Notes: generated by a model from the sequence alone, not told the origin. DNA of 64,000 nt from Oscillospiraceae bacterium (GCA_035353335.1 DAOPZJ010000002.1:4703-68702); one strand, 5' to 3'. Counted from the first letter of the stretch, positions 44,642-54,921 are shown. A program made the numbers and translations.

Positions 44642-45919
44642 TCACAGAACCGAGAGCGCCTGTTCCAAATCGGCCACAAGATCGGCCGGATCCTCGATGC
44701 CGACCGAAAACCGGACGGTTCCCTCGCTGATACCGGCCGCCGCGAGTTGCTTCGCGTCGAGCTGCGCGTGGGTAGTCGAAGCCGAGTGGTTGACCATCGA
44801 CCGGCTGTCGCAGACGTTGGAGACGTTTGCGAACACCTTGAGCCGATCCATGAATTCGGCACACTTGATGCGGTCTCCGCCGAGTTCGCAGGCAAATACA
44901 GCACCGCAGCCGCGCGGCAGATATTTTTTACAGACTCTCAGGTATTTCGAGCTCGGCAGCGTCGGATAACTGACGTTCCTGACTTTCGGGTGAGCAAGCA
45001 GATACTGCGCGACGATCTCGCCATTCTCGCAGTGTTTTTTCATGCGCAGCGATAACGTCTCAAGTCCGATCAGCATCAAATAGGCGGTATTTGCGGACAT
45101 GCAGCCGCCGATGTCGCGCAGGTATTTGCTGCGCAGGCGGGCGCAGAACGGCGTTTTGGCGAAGTCCTTGGCGAAAACGACGCCGTGATAGGATATGTCC
45201 GGCTCCGCAAACTGGCGATATCTCGGATTATTCAAATAATCGAATTTTCCGCTCTCGATAACAACGCCGCCCATCGCGGTGCCGTGCCCGCAGATATATT
45301 TCGTGGCAGAGTGGACAACGACATCGGCGCCGAATTCGAACGGGCGGCAAAGATAAGGCGTCGTAAACGTGGAATCGACCACGACGAGCACGCCGTGCCG
45401 ATGTGCGATTTCGCAGATCGGCGCGATATCGGCGACGGCTGCGCCGGGATTGCTGACGGTTTCGAAGAAAAATAATTTCGTTCGGTCTGTGATGGATTCT
45501 TCCCAGGCGAGCAAATTGTCCCCGTCGATAAAATTGGCCTTGACGCCGAACTGCGCGTAGGTTTGGCCAAGCATGTTAACCGCCCCGCCGTAGATTTTAC
45601 GGGCTGCAACGATCTCGTCGCCGCACTCGCAGAGATTTGCGACCAGAGAGAAGATGGCGTTGTGGCCCGAGGAAAACGCGACCGCGCCGGTACCGCCCTC
45701 CAGCAGCGCCATGCGGTCTTCGAAAATCCGAACCGTGGGATTTGAGATGCGTGAATAGATGTCGCCGTCCTCTTTGAGGCCGAACAACGCCGCAGCCCGC
45801 TCAGTGGTGCCGAAATCATAGGCGTTTGTCTGATAAATCGGAGGAATCATCGAAAAATTGTTTTCTTTCGGATCGTATCCGCCGTGTATTGCGATGGTGT
45901 CAAAACCCGGATCTTTCAT
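44642..45919 (-). CDS. metY: O-acetylhomoserine aminocarboxypropyltransferase / sulfhydrylase
   Basis: 425 aa. Cys/Met-metabolism PLP family with HSATKYICGHG (PLP lysine). Confidence 0.9.
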   Translation of the reverse strand: MKDPGFDTIAIHGGYDPKENNFSMIPPIYQTNAYDFGTTERAAALFGLKEDGDIYSRISNPTVRIFEDRMALLEGGTGAVAFSSGHNAIFSLVANLCECGDEIVAARKIYGGAVNMLGQTYAQFGVKANFIDGDNLLAWEESITDRTKLFFFETVSNPGAAVADIAPICEIAHRHGVLVVVDSTFTTPYLCRPFEFGADVVVHSATKYICGHGTAMGGVVIESGKFDYLNNPRYRQFAEPDISYHGVVFAKDFAKTPFCARLRSKYLRDIGGCMSANTAYLMLIGLETLSLRMKKHCENGEIVAQYLLAHPKVRNVSYPTLPSSKYLRVCKKYLPRGCGAVFACELGGDRIKCAEFMDRLKVFANVSNVCDSRSMVNHSASTTHAQLDAKQLAAAGISEGTVRFSVGIEDPADLVADLEQALSVL

Positions 45920-46079
45920 ATTGAGTTTCTTCCTTCGTGAGAAATTTGAAATTTAAGCTTTTCTTTTGTGTCGCAATTTGTTATAATCAAATAGTAAGAG
46001 CCGTACATATCCAAAAAGATGAAAATACGGTACTATTATAACATTTCGCAAGGCGATATTCAACAGGAGGTGAGGGGCT

Positions 46080-47468
46080 ATGCGCAAATTCAAGCGCGCC
46101 GCCGCTGTTTTTGCTGTGTTGTTAATCCTCTCGGGAGCTTTTCTATTTCCGGCGTCCGCCGAAGGGGTCTACGCTCCGAACGGGGAACCGCAGGCGGAGT
46201 CGGTATACATCGTCAACGAGGACACCGGTCTCGTGATGTACGATAAGAACGGGGAGGAGCGCCTTTATCCCGCTTCTCTGACCAAAATCATGTCGGCCAT
46301 CGTCATTCTCGAAACTGTCCAAGATCTCGACGGCACTGTCGGAACCATGACAAGCGAGCTGCTCGCGATGATTCAGGGCTCCGGCAGCGTCGTTTTAAAT
46401 TTGGTCGAAGGCGAACAGATCACAATGCGCCAGATGTTATATGCGATGCTTCTCGCGAGCGACGGAGACGCGGCCCTTTTGGCTGCAGCGACGACAAGCG
46501 GAAGCGTTGCGGCATTTGTTGCCGCCATGAACGCAAAAGCCGCTGCGCTCGGCTGCACCAACACCAACTTCACCAATCCGCACGGCCTTCATGACGACAA
46601 TCACTACTCCTGCGCCAAAGACCTCTATCTGATGGCCAAAGAGGCGCTGAAGTATCCGGTATTCAGTGAGATCATCAATTCAACCCGCTATACGATCCCC
46701 GCAACGAACAAAAACGGCCCCCGTACGGTCGTCACCACCAATATGATGCTCAGCTATAACCTCGGCGGAGCGCTGTATTACGAACCCGCGCGCGGCATCA
46801 AGACCGGCTTCACTACGCCTGCCGGCCCCTGCCTTGCCTCAATCGCCGAAAAAGACGGCCAGCGCTATGTCATCATCATGCTGAAATCGACGCTTCCCGG
46901 CGCGGACGGTGCCGTCGATCGCTACGGTGCGTTCAAGACGACCAAAACGCTGTATGACTGGCTATTCTCAACTTATTCGCTTCAGACACTGCTGACCCGG
47001 ACTACGGTTGTCAAGAGCATCCCCGTCAATTACGGAGACAGCGTAGACGAAGTGGGACTGGTTCCGTCGCAGGAATTTGTGACCATGGTTCCGAAAAATA
47101 CCGACTTGAGTTCCATCGTCGTCAAATTCGACGACGCCTTAAAAGACAAAACCGTCGACGCCCCGGTCGAAGCCGGAGCGGTTATCGGCAGCGCGGAGCT
47201 GCTGATCGGGGATAAATCACTCGGCACGGTACAGCTTGTCGCGGCCAACGCGGTCGCGCGCAACGAATTGTCCTATATCCTTGCCCAAATCGGTAAGTTC
47301 TTCTCCTCCGACATCATGATCATCATCGCCTGTATTCTGGCAATTCTGATCATCGGCTATATCGTTTTGAATGTCGTTTATAACCGCAAAAAGAAATCGC
47401 ATTATTCTTCGCACAAACCCGCCAAGCGCTCCCGCTCCCGCTCGCGCAACCGCAACATCTTCCGCTGA
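46080..47468 (+). CDS. D-alanyl-D-alanine carboxypeptidase (S11, PBP5/DacB-like) with C-terminal TM anchor
   Basis: 462 aa. Signal peptide, SxxK (ASLTKIM) and KTG (IKTGFT). The SxN position reads SDG. C-terminal TM segment and basic tail. Confidence 0.85.
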   Translation: MRKFKRAAAVFAVLLILSGAFLFPASAEGVYAPNGEPQAESVYIVNEDTGLVMYDKNGEERLYPASLTKIMSAIVILETVQDLDGTVGTMTSELLAMIQGSGSVVLNLVEGEQITMRQMLYAMLLASDGDAALLAAATTSGSVAAFVAAMNAKAAALGCTNTNFTNPHGLHDDNHYSCAKDLYLMAKEALKYPVFSEIINSTRYTIPATNKNGPRTVVTTNMMLSYNLGGALYYEPARGIKTGFTTPAGPCLASIAEKDGQRYVIIMLKSTLPGADGAVDRYGAFKTTKTLYDWLFSTYSLQTLLTRTTVVKSIPVNYGDSVDEVGLVPSQEFVTMVPKNTDLSSIVVKFDDALKDKTVDAPVEAGAVIGSAELLIGDKSLGTVQLVAANAVARNELSYILAQIGKFFSSDIMIIIACILAILIIGYIVLNVVYNRKKKSHYSSHKPAKRSRSRSRNRNIFR

Positions 47469-47659
47469 GCCGAATATAATGATCAAATTATAAGGTGATT
47501 TATGGACCGAAAACAGTGCACAGGTCAAACCGCAAATCCGAAATGAAAGTGTCGCTTACTTTTTTTATTCGGGTCTTGCGCTTTGCCCGCACCATAAAAA
47601 ACGGTCTTACAGATTCCTTGACAGACAGATAAGAAGGAAAGAAACGGAGGAATGTGAAA

Positions 47660-48619
47660 ATGCTGGTACATGGAAAGGACATCAAGATTTTCTGCGGAAA
47701 TTCAACCCCGGAGGTCGCCTCCCAGATTGCCCGTCAACTGGGTACCGATGTCGGAAAGGCCGATGTCGGGACATTTTCGGACGGTGAAATCTCGGTCTCG
47801 ATCAAAGAGACCGTACGCGGCTCGGATGTTTTTGTGATCCAATCCACCTGCAATCCGGTCAACAATAATCTGATGGAACTCCTGATCATGATCGACGCGT
47901 TCAAGCGCGCGTCGGCAGCCCGCATCACGGCGGTCATCCCCTATTTCGGTTACGCCAGGCAGGACCGCAAAGCCCACGCGCGCGACCCGATCTCAGCCAA
48001 ACTCGTCGCCGATCTGATCACCGCGGCCGGCGCAAACCGCGTTCTCACAATGGATCTTCACGCTCCCCAGATACAGGGCTTTTTCAACATCCCCCTCGAC
48101 CATCTGTTGGGTGTCCCGCTATTGACGCCCTTTTTCAAGAAAATCCACGAACAGGACCTTTGCGATGTCGTGGTGGTTTCGCCGGACCTCGGTTCTGTCA
48201 CACGCGCAAGACAATTTGCCGAGCGTTTGGGTACGCCGCTCGCCATTGTGGATAAACGACGTCAGATGGCAAATGTCTGCGAGGTGATGAATATCATCGG
48301 CGAAGTGCAGGATAAAAAGGTTATCATTGTCGACGATATGGTCGATACCGCCGGAACCTTATGCAACGCGGCCAAAGCCGTCATCGAGATGGGCGGCGCA
48401 GCGGAGGTCTGTGCCTGTGCCACCCACGGCGTACTATCCGGAAGCGCGCTTGAGCGCATCGAGGCGAGCCCGCTCAAGGAACTCGTTTTGCTCGATACGG
48501 TCCCGATCAGTCCGGAGAAGCAGAGCCCGAAAATCACGATTTTGCCGATCGCGCCGGTTTTTGCCGAGGCCATCCTGCGCATCTACAACGACCGCCCCGT
48601 TTCACCGTTATTTGATTAA
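47660..48619 (+). CDS. prs: Ribose-phosphate pyrophosphokinase
   Basis: ATG 47660 lies 9 nt after GGAGG (GTG 47654 is too close). YFGYARQDRK and DLHA motifs, plus PRPP-binding VIIVDDMVDTAGT. Confidence 0.95.
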   Translation: MLVHGKDIKIFCGNSTPEVASQIARQLGTDVGKADVGTFSDGEISVSIKETVRGSDVFVIQSTCNPVNNNLMELLIMIDAFKRASAARITAVIPYFGYARQDRKAHARDPISAKLVADLITAAGANRVLTMDLHAPQIQGFFNIPLDHLLGVPLLTPFFKKIHEQDLCDVVVVSPDLGSVTRARQFAERLGTPLAIVDKRRQMANVCEVMNIIGEVQDKKVIIVDDMVDTAGTLCNAAKAVIEMGGAAEVCACATHGVLSGSALERIEASPLKELVLLDTVPISPEKQSPKITILPIAPVFAEAILRIYNDRPVSPLFD

Positions 48620-48639
48620 ACGCATCTGTTTGAAATTAT

Positions 48640-48750
48640 TCGTAACTTTATAACGGTTTTACGGAGACGCAGAAACTTTACACTTTTAATTTTACGCTTT
48701 ATACGAAAATGACTTGTCATTGTACACTTTTAAATGTTAACTGTTAACTT
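48640..48750. repeat. A/T-rich degenerate heptamer tracts in the prs-pth gap
   Basis: ACTTTAC ACTTTTA ATTTTAC GCTTTAT, and later ACACTTT TAAATGT TAACTGT TAACTTA. Same word family as 37099-37200. Confidence 0.3.
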
Positions 48751-48780
48751 ACGGAAGTGATTAAAGAAGGAGTTTTGCCT

Positions 48781-49398
48781 TTGGGTATCTTTTTAAAAAA
48801 AGCCGAACTGTTTTTAATTGTAGGCCTCGGAAATCCGGGGGATCAATACCGCAGCACCCGGCATAACGCCGGGTTTCTTGCTGCCGATTTTATTGCGCAA
48901 AAGCAAAACGCCAAATTTAAAAAACGATTTCAGTCAGAATTTGCCGAAGTGAAATTCAGCGGTAAAAAGTGTTATCTGCAAAAGCCTTTGACCTTTATGA
49001 ACAACAGCGGCCTTGCGGTTCGCGATGCTTGTAACTTTTACCGCATCCCGGTCAAAAATGTGATCGTGATGCACGATGATATCACGCTTGAGCCGGGTCG
49101 GTTCAAATTTAAGACGGGGGGCAGCGATGGCGGCCACAACGGTCTTTCCAGCATCATCACCAATCTCGGTGAATGGGACTTCCAGCACATCAAACTCGGC
49201 ATCGGAGCCAAGACCGTCAAAGAAATGCCTCTGTATGACTATGTTCTCCAGACCATGCCGGACGCGGACAGAAAAGCGCTTGAGGGACTTTTCGAAGATA
49301 TCTGCGGCTGCATTGAGCTGATTGTCGCGGGCGAGCTTGAAAAGGCGAAAGCGGCATATAATCACCGCTCGGAAAACGAACCGAAAGAGGATCAATGA
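48781..49398 (+). CDS. pth: Peptidyl-tRNA hydrolase
   Basis: VGLGNPG..Y..TRHNAGF motif. TTG 48781 lies 8 nt after GAAGGAG. GTG 48757 is an alternative start. Confidence 0.9.
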   Translation: MGIFLKKAELFLIVGLGNPGDQYRSTRHNAGFLAADFIAQKQNAKFKKRFQSEFAEVKFSGKKCYLQKPLTFMNNSGLAVRDACNFYRIPVKNVIVMHDDITLEPGRFKFKTGGSDGGHNGLSSIITNLGEWDFQHIKLGIGAKTVKEMPLYDYVLQTMPDADRKALEGLFEDICGCIELIVAGELEKAKAAYNHRSENEPKEDQ

Positions 49399-52300
49399 AA
49401 GGGATTTTGCAACACCTCTCGGAGCTGTCGGGCATCACCCGGATCAAAACCTCGGCGGCAAAACACAAGGCGTGCGCAATCACCGGCTGCACGCCGTCTT
49501 TTCGCGCTGCGGTGCTTGCGGCAACCTGTGAAGAATTAAACCGCCCCGCGCTGGTGGTCTGCCCGTCGGAAGGCGAGGCCGAAAAATTCGCAGCCGATCT
49601 GCGCCAGTTTACAGACGGCGTGTTTGTTTTGCCCGCCAGAGAATTGATTTTAACCGCGTCGGGCGTCAGCTCACACGAATATGAACGCGAGGCCCTCGGC
49701 GTGCTCGACGCCGCGCGCTGCAAAAAAGTGAAAGCCGTCATCGGCACCGCCGAGGCGTTTACACGTTATACCGTCTCGCCCGAGGTGCTTGCAGGACGAC
49801 TGATCGAACTCAAAACCGGCATGACCATCGCGCCGAACGACCTCGTACAGAGCTTACTCAAAGCTGGATATGTCCGAGTCGATCCGGTCGAAGCCAAGGG
49901 CCAGTTTTGTCTGCGCGGCGGCATCGCCGACGTCTATCCGTCCAACAGCGAAAACCCCCTTCGCATCGAGTTTTTCGGCGACGAGATCGAGCGTATGGCC
50001 TTTTTCGATGCCGACAGCCAGCGCCGCACTTCCAAGGCCGATAAAATGCACATCGTCCCGGCGGGTGAGATTTTCCCAGACGACCCCGAACAATTTCAAA
50101 AAGACCTCGGGCATTTCTGCACAGGTTTGCATACCAAAAACGCTGGCGATTACCGCAGCAAGGCCGAATCCGATCTGACCGCCCTGCGGGAAGGCCGCCG
50201 TATCAACTTTGACCGCTATTACAATTTAGTCCATAAAAAACCCGCCACAATCTTTGACTATCTGCAAAACCCTGTCTGCGCCGTCTTTGATTTCGCGCGC
50301 ACCGCAGAAGCCGGAAACGGCTTTGAAAAGCGGTGGCTCGGTGAGCTCTCCGCCGCGCTGGAAGAGGGTTTCTGCGCCAAGGGTGTTGATGAATTTTACG
50401 AGAGTTTAGATGTTTTGTTTTCGCGTGTAACCGGGAGCGGCGGCCTGTTTTTCGACAACTTTGCCAAGACCGCGCTGTCAAGCCGCGTGCAGGATATCGT
50501 CACGTTTGACTGCCGCGTCAACGCCGTCTGGAACGGCTCTCCCGACACCCTGCACGAATGGCTCTCCGATGTCTCGGCGGGCAATTTTACGCCGGTTATT
50601 TTGGTTCCGACCAAACGCGCTGCCAAAGCCCTGATCGACGATCTGACCAACTCAGGAAAACCCTGTGTTTTATACGGTCTCGACGAACCGTTCACCGGAA
50701 ATACAGCCCATATTGCGGTCGGCGCTCTGTCCGGCGGTTTCGAGCTGCCCGAGCTCAAATTCTCGTTGTTGACCTCGACCCCGCCCCGCGCTGTCAAAAC
50801 CACGGTCAAGCGCGCCAATGCCATCGGATCAATCTCGGAGCTCAAGCCCGGCTGCTACGTCGTCCATCAGGCGCACGGCATCGGCCTTTATAACGGTGTC
50901 GAGACCATCACGGCGGCGGGTGCGACCAAGGACTACTTAAAAATCTCCTATTCCGGCACCGACGTGCTCTATTTGCCCGTGACCCAACTGGATATGCTCT
51001 CAAAATACATCGGCCCCGACGACAACGGGCAGGTGAAATTAAATAAACTCGGAAGCGCCGAATGGCAGCGCACCCGAAGCAAGGTCAAGGCCGCCGTACG
51101 CGATATGGCCGACGAGCTGATCGCGCTCTATTCCAAGCGCAAAAGCATTCAAGGCCACGCTTTCTCATCAGACACCCCATGGCAGGAAGAATTTGAACAG
51201 CGTTTTGAATACGACGAGACCGCCGACCAACTGCGCTGCGTCGAGGAGATCAAAGCTGATATGGAACAACCCGTTCCGATGGACCGGCTCTTGTGCGGAG
51301 ATGTCGGATTCGGCAAGACTGAAGTGGCTTTGCGCGCCGTGTTCAAGTGCGTCATGGATGGCAAGCAAGCCGCGATTTTAGCCCCGACCACGATTTTGGC
51401 ATGGCAGCACTATGAGACCTTATGCCGCCGCATGAGCGGTTTCGGCATCGAAATGGGGCTGCTCTCGCGTTTTGTCACGCCCAAACAGGCCTCGTCGACC
51501 AAGTCAAAACTCCGTACCGGCGGCATTGACGTGGTTGTCGGGACCCATAGCATCTTACAAAAAGACATCGCTTTCAAAGACCTCGGTCTGATTGTCGTCG
51601 ACGAGGAACAGCGTTTCGGCGTCTCCCAAAAAGAGACCCTGAAGACCAAATTTCCCGTGGTCGATGTGCTGACCTTGTCGGCAACCCCGATTCCGCGCAC
51701 GATGAATATGGCCATCAGCGGCATCCGTGACATGTCGATGATCGACGAAGCCCCGATTGACCGCCACCCCGTGCGCACTTTCGTCGCCGAATATGATCTG
51801 CATATGTTGGCCGACGCCATCCGCCGTGAGCAGCGGCGCGGCGGCCAGGTCTTTTGGCTGCATAACCGCATCGAGGACATCTCCTATGTCGCCGCGAAAC
51901 TGCAGACCCTGATACCCGAAGTTCGTATCGTCTGCGCCCACGGCCAGATGGATAAAGAGGAGCTCTCGGGCATCTGGCGCAGGATGATGGACGGCGAGAT
52001 CGACGTATTGGTCTGCACGACGATCATCGAATCCGGCATTGACCTGCCGAACGTCAATACCCTGATCATCGAAAATGCCGATAAGATGGGGCTTTCACAG
52101 CTGCACCAAATCCGGGGCCGCGTGGGGCGCAGTTCCCGCCGCGCTTATGCCTACTTAACTTACCGCCCCGAAAAAGCGCTCTCGGAAATTGCCCAAAAGC
52201 GCTTGGAGGCCATCAACGAATTCACCGAATTCGGCGCGGGCTACGCCATCGCCGTCCGCGATATGGAAATCCGAGGTGCGGGCGATCTGCTCGGCGCGCG

Positions 52301-52850
52301 CCAGCACGGACATATGGCTTCCGTCGGCTACGATATGTACCTCAAACTCCTCGCCGAAGCGGTCGCCGAGGCCAAAGGCGAAAAGCCGCAGGTGCAGAAT
52401 TCGCCCTGCCTTATCGACCTTCCCATCGACGCCTTCATCCCGCCGGCCTACATCAAAGAGCCCGGCCAGCGGCTTGATATCTACCGCAAAATTGCCGCTG
52501 CCGGCAACAAAAACGCCGAGTCCGAAGTTCTTGCCGAATTGCGGGATCGTTTCGGCGAGCCGCCGGTGCAGGTCTCCCGTCTGCTTGAAGTCGCCCGTCT
52601 GCGCAACCGCGCCACGGCCTGCGGAGTCACGGAGCTTTCCAAGCGCGGCGACGGTTTGGTGTTTTATATGAACAACCCAGAGCGCTCCTGCCTGCCCGAG
52701 ATGACCAAGAAGCTGCGTGGCCGCGTGATGATGAACGCAAACGGCGCAAGGCCGCATGTCTATGTCAAACTGCTCAAAGACGACCCTGCGGTTCTGGCCG
52801 CCCGCGTACTCGAATTTTTATCCGGCTCGAAAATTGACTCCGCAATGTAG
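49395..52850 (+). CDS. mfd: Transcription-repair coupling factor
   Basis: 1151 aa. UvrB-homology N-terminus, CarD-like RID, and superfamily-2 helicase motifs (GDVGFGKTEVA, DEEQRFG, TLSATPIPRT). Confidence 0.97.
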   Translation: MKGILQHLSELSGITRIKTSAAKHKACAITGCTPSFRAAVLAATCEELNRPALVVCPSEGEAEKFAADLRQFTDGVFVLPARELILTASGVSSHEYEREALGVLDAARCKKVKAVIGTAEAFTRYTVSPEVLAGRLIELKTGMTIAPNDLVQSLLKAGYVRVDPVEAKGQFCLRGGIADVYPSNSENPLRIEFFGDEIERMAFFDADSQRRTSKADKMHIVPAGEIFPDDPEQFQKDLGHFCTGLHTKNAGDYRSKAESDLTALREGRRINFDRYYNLVHKKPATIFDYLQNPVCAVFDFARTAEAGNGFEKRWLGELSAALEEGFCAKGVDEFYESLDVLFSRVTGSGGLFFDNFAKTALSSRVQDIVTFDCRVNAVWNGSPDTLHEWLSDVSAGNFTPVILVPTKRAAKALIDDLTNSGKPCVLYGLDEPFTGNTAHIAVGALSGGFELPELKFSLLTSTPPRAVKTTVKRANAIGSISELKPGCYVVHQAHGIGLYNGVETITAAGATKDYLKISYSGTDVLYLPVTQLDMLSKYIGPDDNGQVKLNKLGSAEWQRTRSKVKAAVRDMADELIALYSKRKSIQGHAFSSDTPWQEEFEQRFEYDETADQLRCVEEIKADMEQPVPMDRLLCGDVGFGKTEVALRAVFKCVMDGKQAAILAPTTILAWQHYETLCRRMSGFGIEMGLLSRFVTPKQASSTKSKLRTGGIDVVVGTHSILQKDIAFKDLGLIVVDEEQRFGVSQKETLKTKFPVVDVLTLSATPIPRTMNMAISGIRDMSMIDEAPIDRHPVRTFVAEYDLHMLADAIRREQRRGGQVFWLHNRIEDISYVAAKLQTLIPEVRIVCAHGQMDKEELSGIWRRMMDGEIDVLVCTTIIESGIDLPNVNTLIIENADKMGLSQLHQIRGRVGRSSRRAYAYLTYRPEKALSEIAQKRLEAINEFTEFGAGYAIAVRDMEIRGAGDLLGARQHGHMASVGYDMYLKLLAEAVAEAKGEKPQVQNSPCLIDLPIDAFIPPAYIKEPGQRLDIYRKIAAAGNKNAESEVLAELRDRFGEPPVQVSRLLEVARLRNRATACGVTELSKRGDGLVFYMNNPERSCLPEMTKKLRGRVMMNANGARPHVYVKLLKDDPAVLAARVLEFLSGSKIDSAM

Positions 52851-52924
52851 AAGTGGTACAATATACGGCAACGCTCAAAAAGCGTAAGGACAGATAAAAA
52901 TATCCGTCCCTGGGAGGTCGGAAC

Positions 52925-54229
52925 TTGTTTACTTTTGCAATATTGGTCGGCAAAATCGCCGCTTTCTTATTGGGTTTAATCGGACGCGGAAGCGACCTTC
53001 CCGGCAGGGTCGCTTTAAAACTTTGCCCGAAATTGCTCGGCAGATTTAAGCGTAAAGCCAAAATCATCGCGGTTACCGGAAGCAACGGCAAAACCACCAC
53101 CGCCGGCATGATCGCACAGGCGCTTGCTGCCTGCGGCAAGACCGTCAAGACCAACCCGATCGGCTCGAATATGACCGGCGGCGTCGCGACTGTCATGCTC
53201 AAAGCGTCTGACTTACGCGGCCATATCAACTGCGATTTTTTGGTGCTTGAAACCGATGAGCGCTGGTCGCGGTTGATTTTTGCCGACTTCAAACCCGATT
53301 ACATGCTGGTCACAAACCTGTTTCGCGACCAAATCACCCGCAATAACAACGTCGACTTTATTTTTAACATATTAAATGATGTCATCACCCCCGAGATGAC
53401 CCTGATTTTGAACGCCATGGACCCGATCAGCGTCCGACTCGGCAAAGATTGCCGCAAGGTCTATTTCGGCTGCGACGAGGGCGAACTCACACACCCGAAA
53501 CCCATTTCGATCACCCACGACTGCAAGGTCTGCCCGATCTGCAAACATCGGCTCTCCTACAAATTTTACCTCAACAACCATATCGGAAAATACCGGTGCG
53601 ATAATTGCGAATTCACCGCACCGTGTCCGAGTTATTTGTTGACCGATGCCGACCTCGGCAGAGGCACCGCCAAAATCAACGGTCTGGATATCAAACTCGA
53701 AGCCCCGACCGCTTACGGATTTATGAACCTGGCCGCCGCAGCCGCCGTCTGCACCGAAGCCGGTCTGCCGTTTTGGTCGGTCGTTGCGGCGCTCAATCAA
53801 ATTAAGACCAATAAAACCCGAATCGACCGTTTTAAAATCGGTGAACGCGAAGGCGTTATGATCTTGTCAAAGAATCAAAACCCCGTCTCGTTCGATTTAT
53901 CGATTTCCGAAGTGCTTCGCATCCCGGGCGAAAAGACCGTCGTCGCCTACATCAACAACATCAACCATACCAATCACCGCGACACCACCTGGCTGTGGGA
54001 CATCGCGGTTGAACGTCTTGCGGGCAATGTCAGAAACGTGATCTGCGCAGGCCCGAGGGCGTATGACCTCGCGGTTCGGCTCAAATATGCGGGCTTTGAC
54101 ATGGACACTGTGCTGATCGAACCGGACAACTCCGGCATCAAAGCAGCCGTGTCCAAAACTAAAGGGACGCTCTGCATTTTGACCGAACTGTACGACGCAA
54201 AAACCATTATGGAGGCGACCGGAAGATGA
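52925..54229 (+). CDS. murT: MurT-like Mur ligase family protein (lipid II isoglutaminyl synthase ligase subunit homologue)
   Basis: 434 aa with TTG start 7 nt after GGGAGG. P-loop VTGSNGKTTT, TNLFRDQ, a four-Cys ribbon (CKVCPIC...CDNC) and C-terminal DUF1727-like DTTWLWD. Several signature motifs are divergent (see findings). Confidence 0.8.
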   Translation: MFTFAILVGKIAAFLLGLIGRGSDLPGRVALKLCPKLLGRFKRKAKIIAVTGSNGKTTTAGMIAQALAACGKTVKTNPIGSNMTGGVATVMLKASDLRGHINCDFLVLETDERWSRLIFADFKPDYMLVTNLFRDQITRNNNVDFIFNILNDVITPEMTLILNAMDPISVRLGKDCRKVYFGCDEGELTHPKPISITHDCKVCPICKHRLSYKFYLNNHIGKYRCDNCEFTAPCPSYLLTDADLGRGTAKINGLDIKLEAPTAYGFMNLAAAAAVCTEAGLPFWSVVAALNQIKTNKTRIDRFKIGEREGVMILSKNQNPVSFDLSISEVLRIPGEKTVVAYINNINHTNHRDTTWLWDIAVERLAGNVRNVICAGPRAYDLAVRLKYAGFDMDTVLIEPDNSGIKAAVSKTKGTLCILTELYDAKTIMEATGR

Positions 54230-54921
54230 AACTGCTTCGGCTTTACGACGACCTGCTCGACCTCTACGGCGACGGCGGCAACTTCACTGTGATTAAAAAA
54301 CGGCTTGAAGCAGCCGGATATGAGCTGACTGCGGAATGCCGCACGGTCGGTGAACCTTTCGACCTGACGCAATACGACTTTGTCTACATCTCCCCCGGTC
54401 TGCCAAAAAACCTCGCCGTCGCCGCTGCCGATCTGGTGCCGCGCAGCGAAAACCTGTTTGACGCCATCGAAAAAGGCGTGGTGTTTTTAGCGACCGGCAA
54501 CGCCCCCGCGTTGTTTTCCGAAGAATTTATATTGGACGACGGCGAAAAAGTCAAGGGCTGCGGCCTGTTCCCGGTCAAGCATGCCTTCGGCAAAAAGATC
54601 ACAATCCGTGACCTGGTAGGCATCACTGAAAGCGGACTCCAAATCACGGGCTTTTTAAACAGTACCGACACCCGCCATGGCGAATATGAAACCCCGTTCG
54701 TCCGTATCACAGGCAGCGGGAAGCAACCGTATGATAAAACCACGGACGGCGCGCGCAAAAAGAACCTTTTCGCCACCGAGCTGCTCGGCCCGGTGCTCGT
54801 TCGCAACCCCGACCTTCTGCGCGAACTGTTGAATCTGATCGCAGGTGAGCCGCTCCCGCCCTACGACGATTCCCTCGAAACCGAAGCCGCAAAGCGCATT
54901 TTAAAAGAGCTTATGGCTTAA
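54226..54921 (+). CDS. gatD: GatD-like protein lacking the canonical glutaminase Cys/His (pseudo-amidotransferase?)
   Basis: 231 aa with a 4-nt overlap with murT. N-terminal LYDDLLDLYGDGGN matches the GatD hallmark. The expected (A/T)ICGG nucleophile site reads LATGN, and the expected HGP(I/V)L site reads LLGPVL. Confidence 0.65.
   Translation: MKLLRLYDDLLDLYGDGGNFTVIKKRLEAAGYELTAECRTVGEPFDLTQYDFVYISPGLPKNLAVAAADLVPRSENLFDAIEKGVVFLATGNAPALFSEEFILDDGEKVKGCGLFPVKHAFGKKITIRDLVGITESGLQITGFLNSTDTRHGEYETPFVRITGSGKQPYDKTTDGARKKNLFATELLGPVLVRNPDLLRELLNLIAGEPLPPYDDSLETEAAKRILKELMA

Noticed and set aside
45920-46079. SAM riboswitch or T-box upstream of metY
   Set aside because: The leader is under 70 nt once the divergent dac promoter is taken out, and no SAM-I or T-box conserved boxes were seen.
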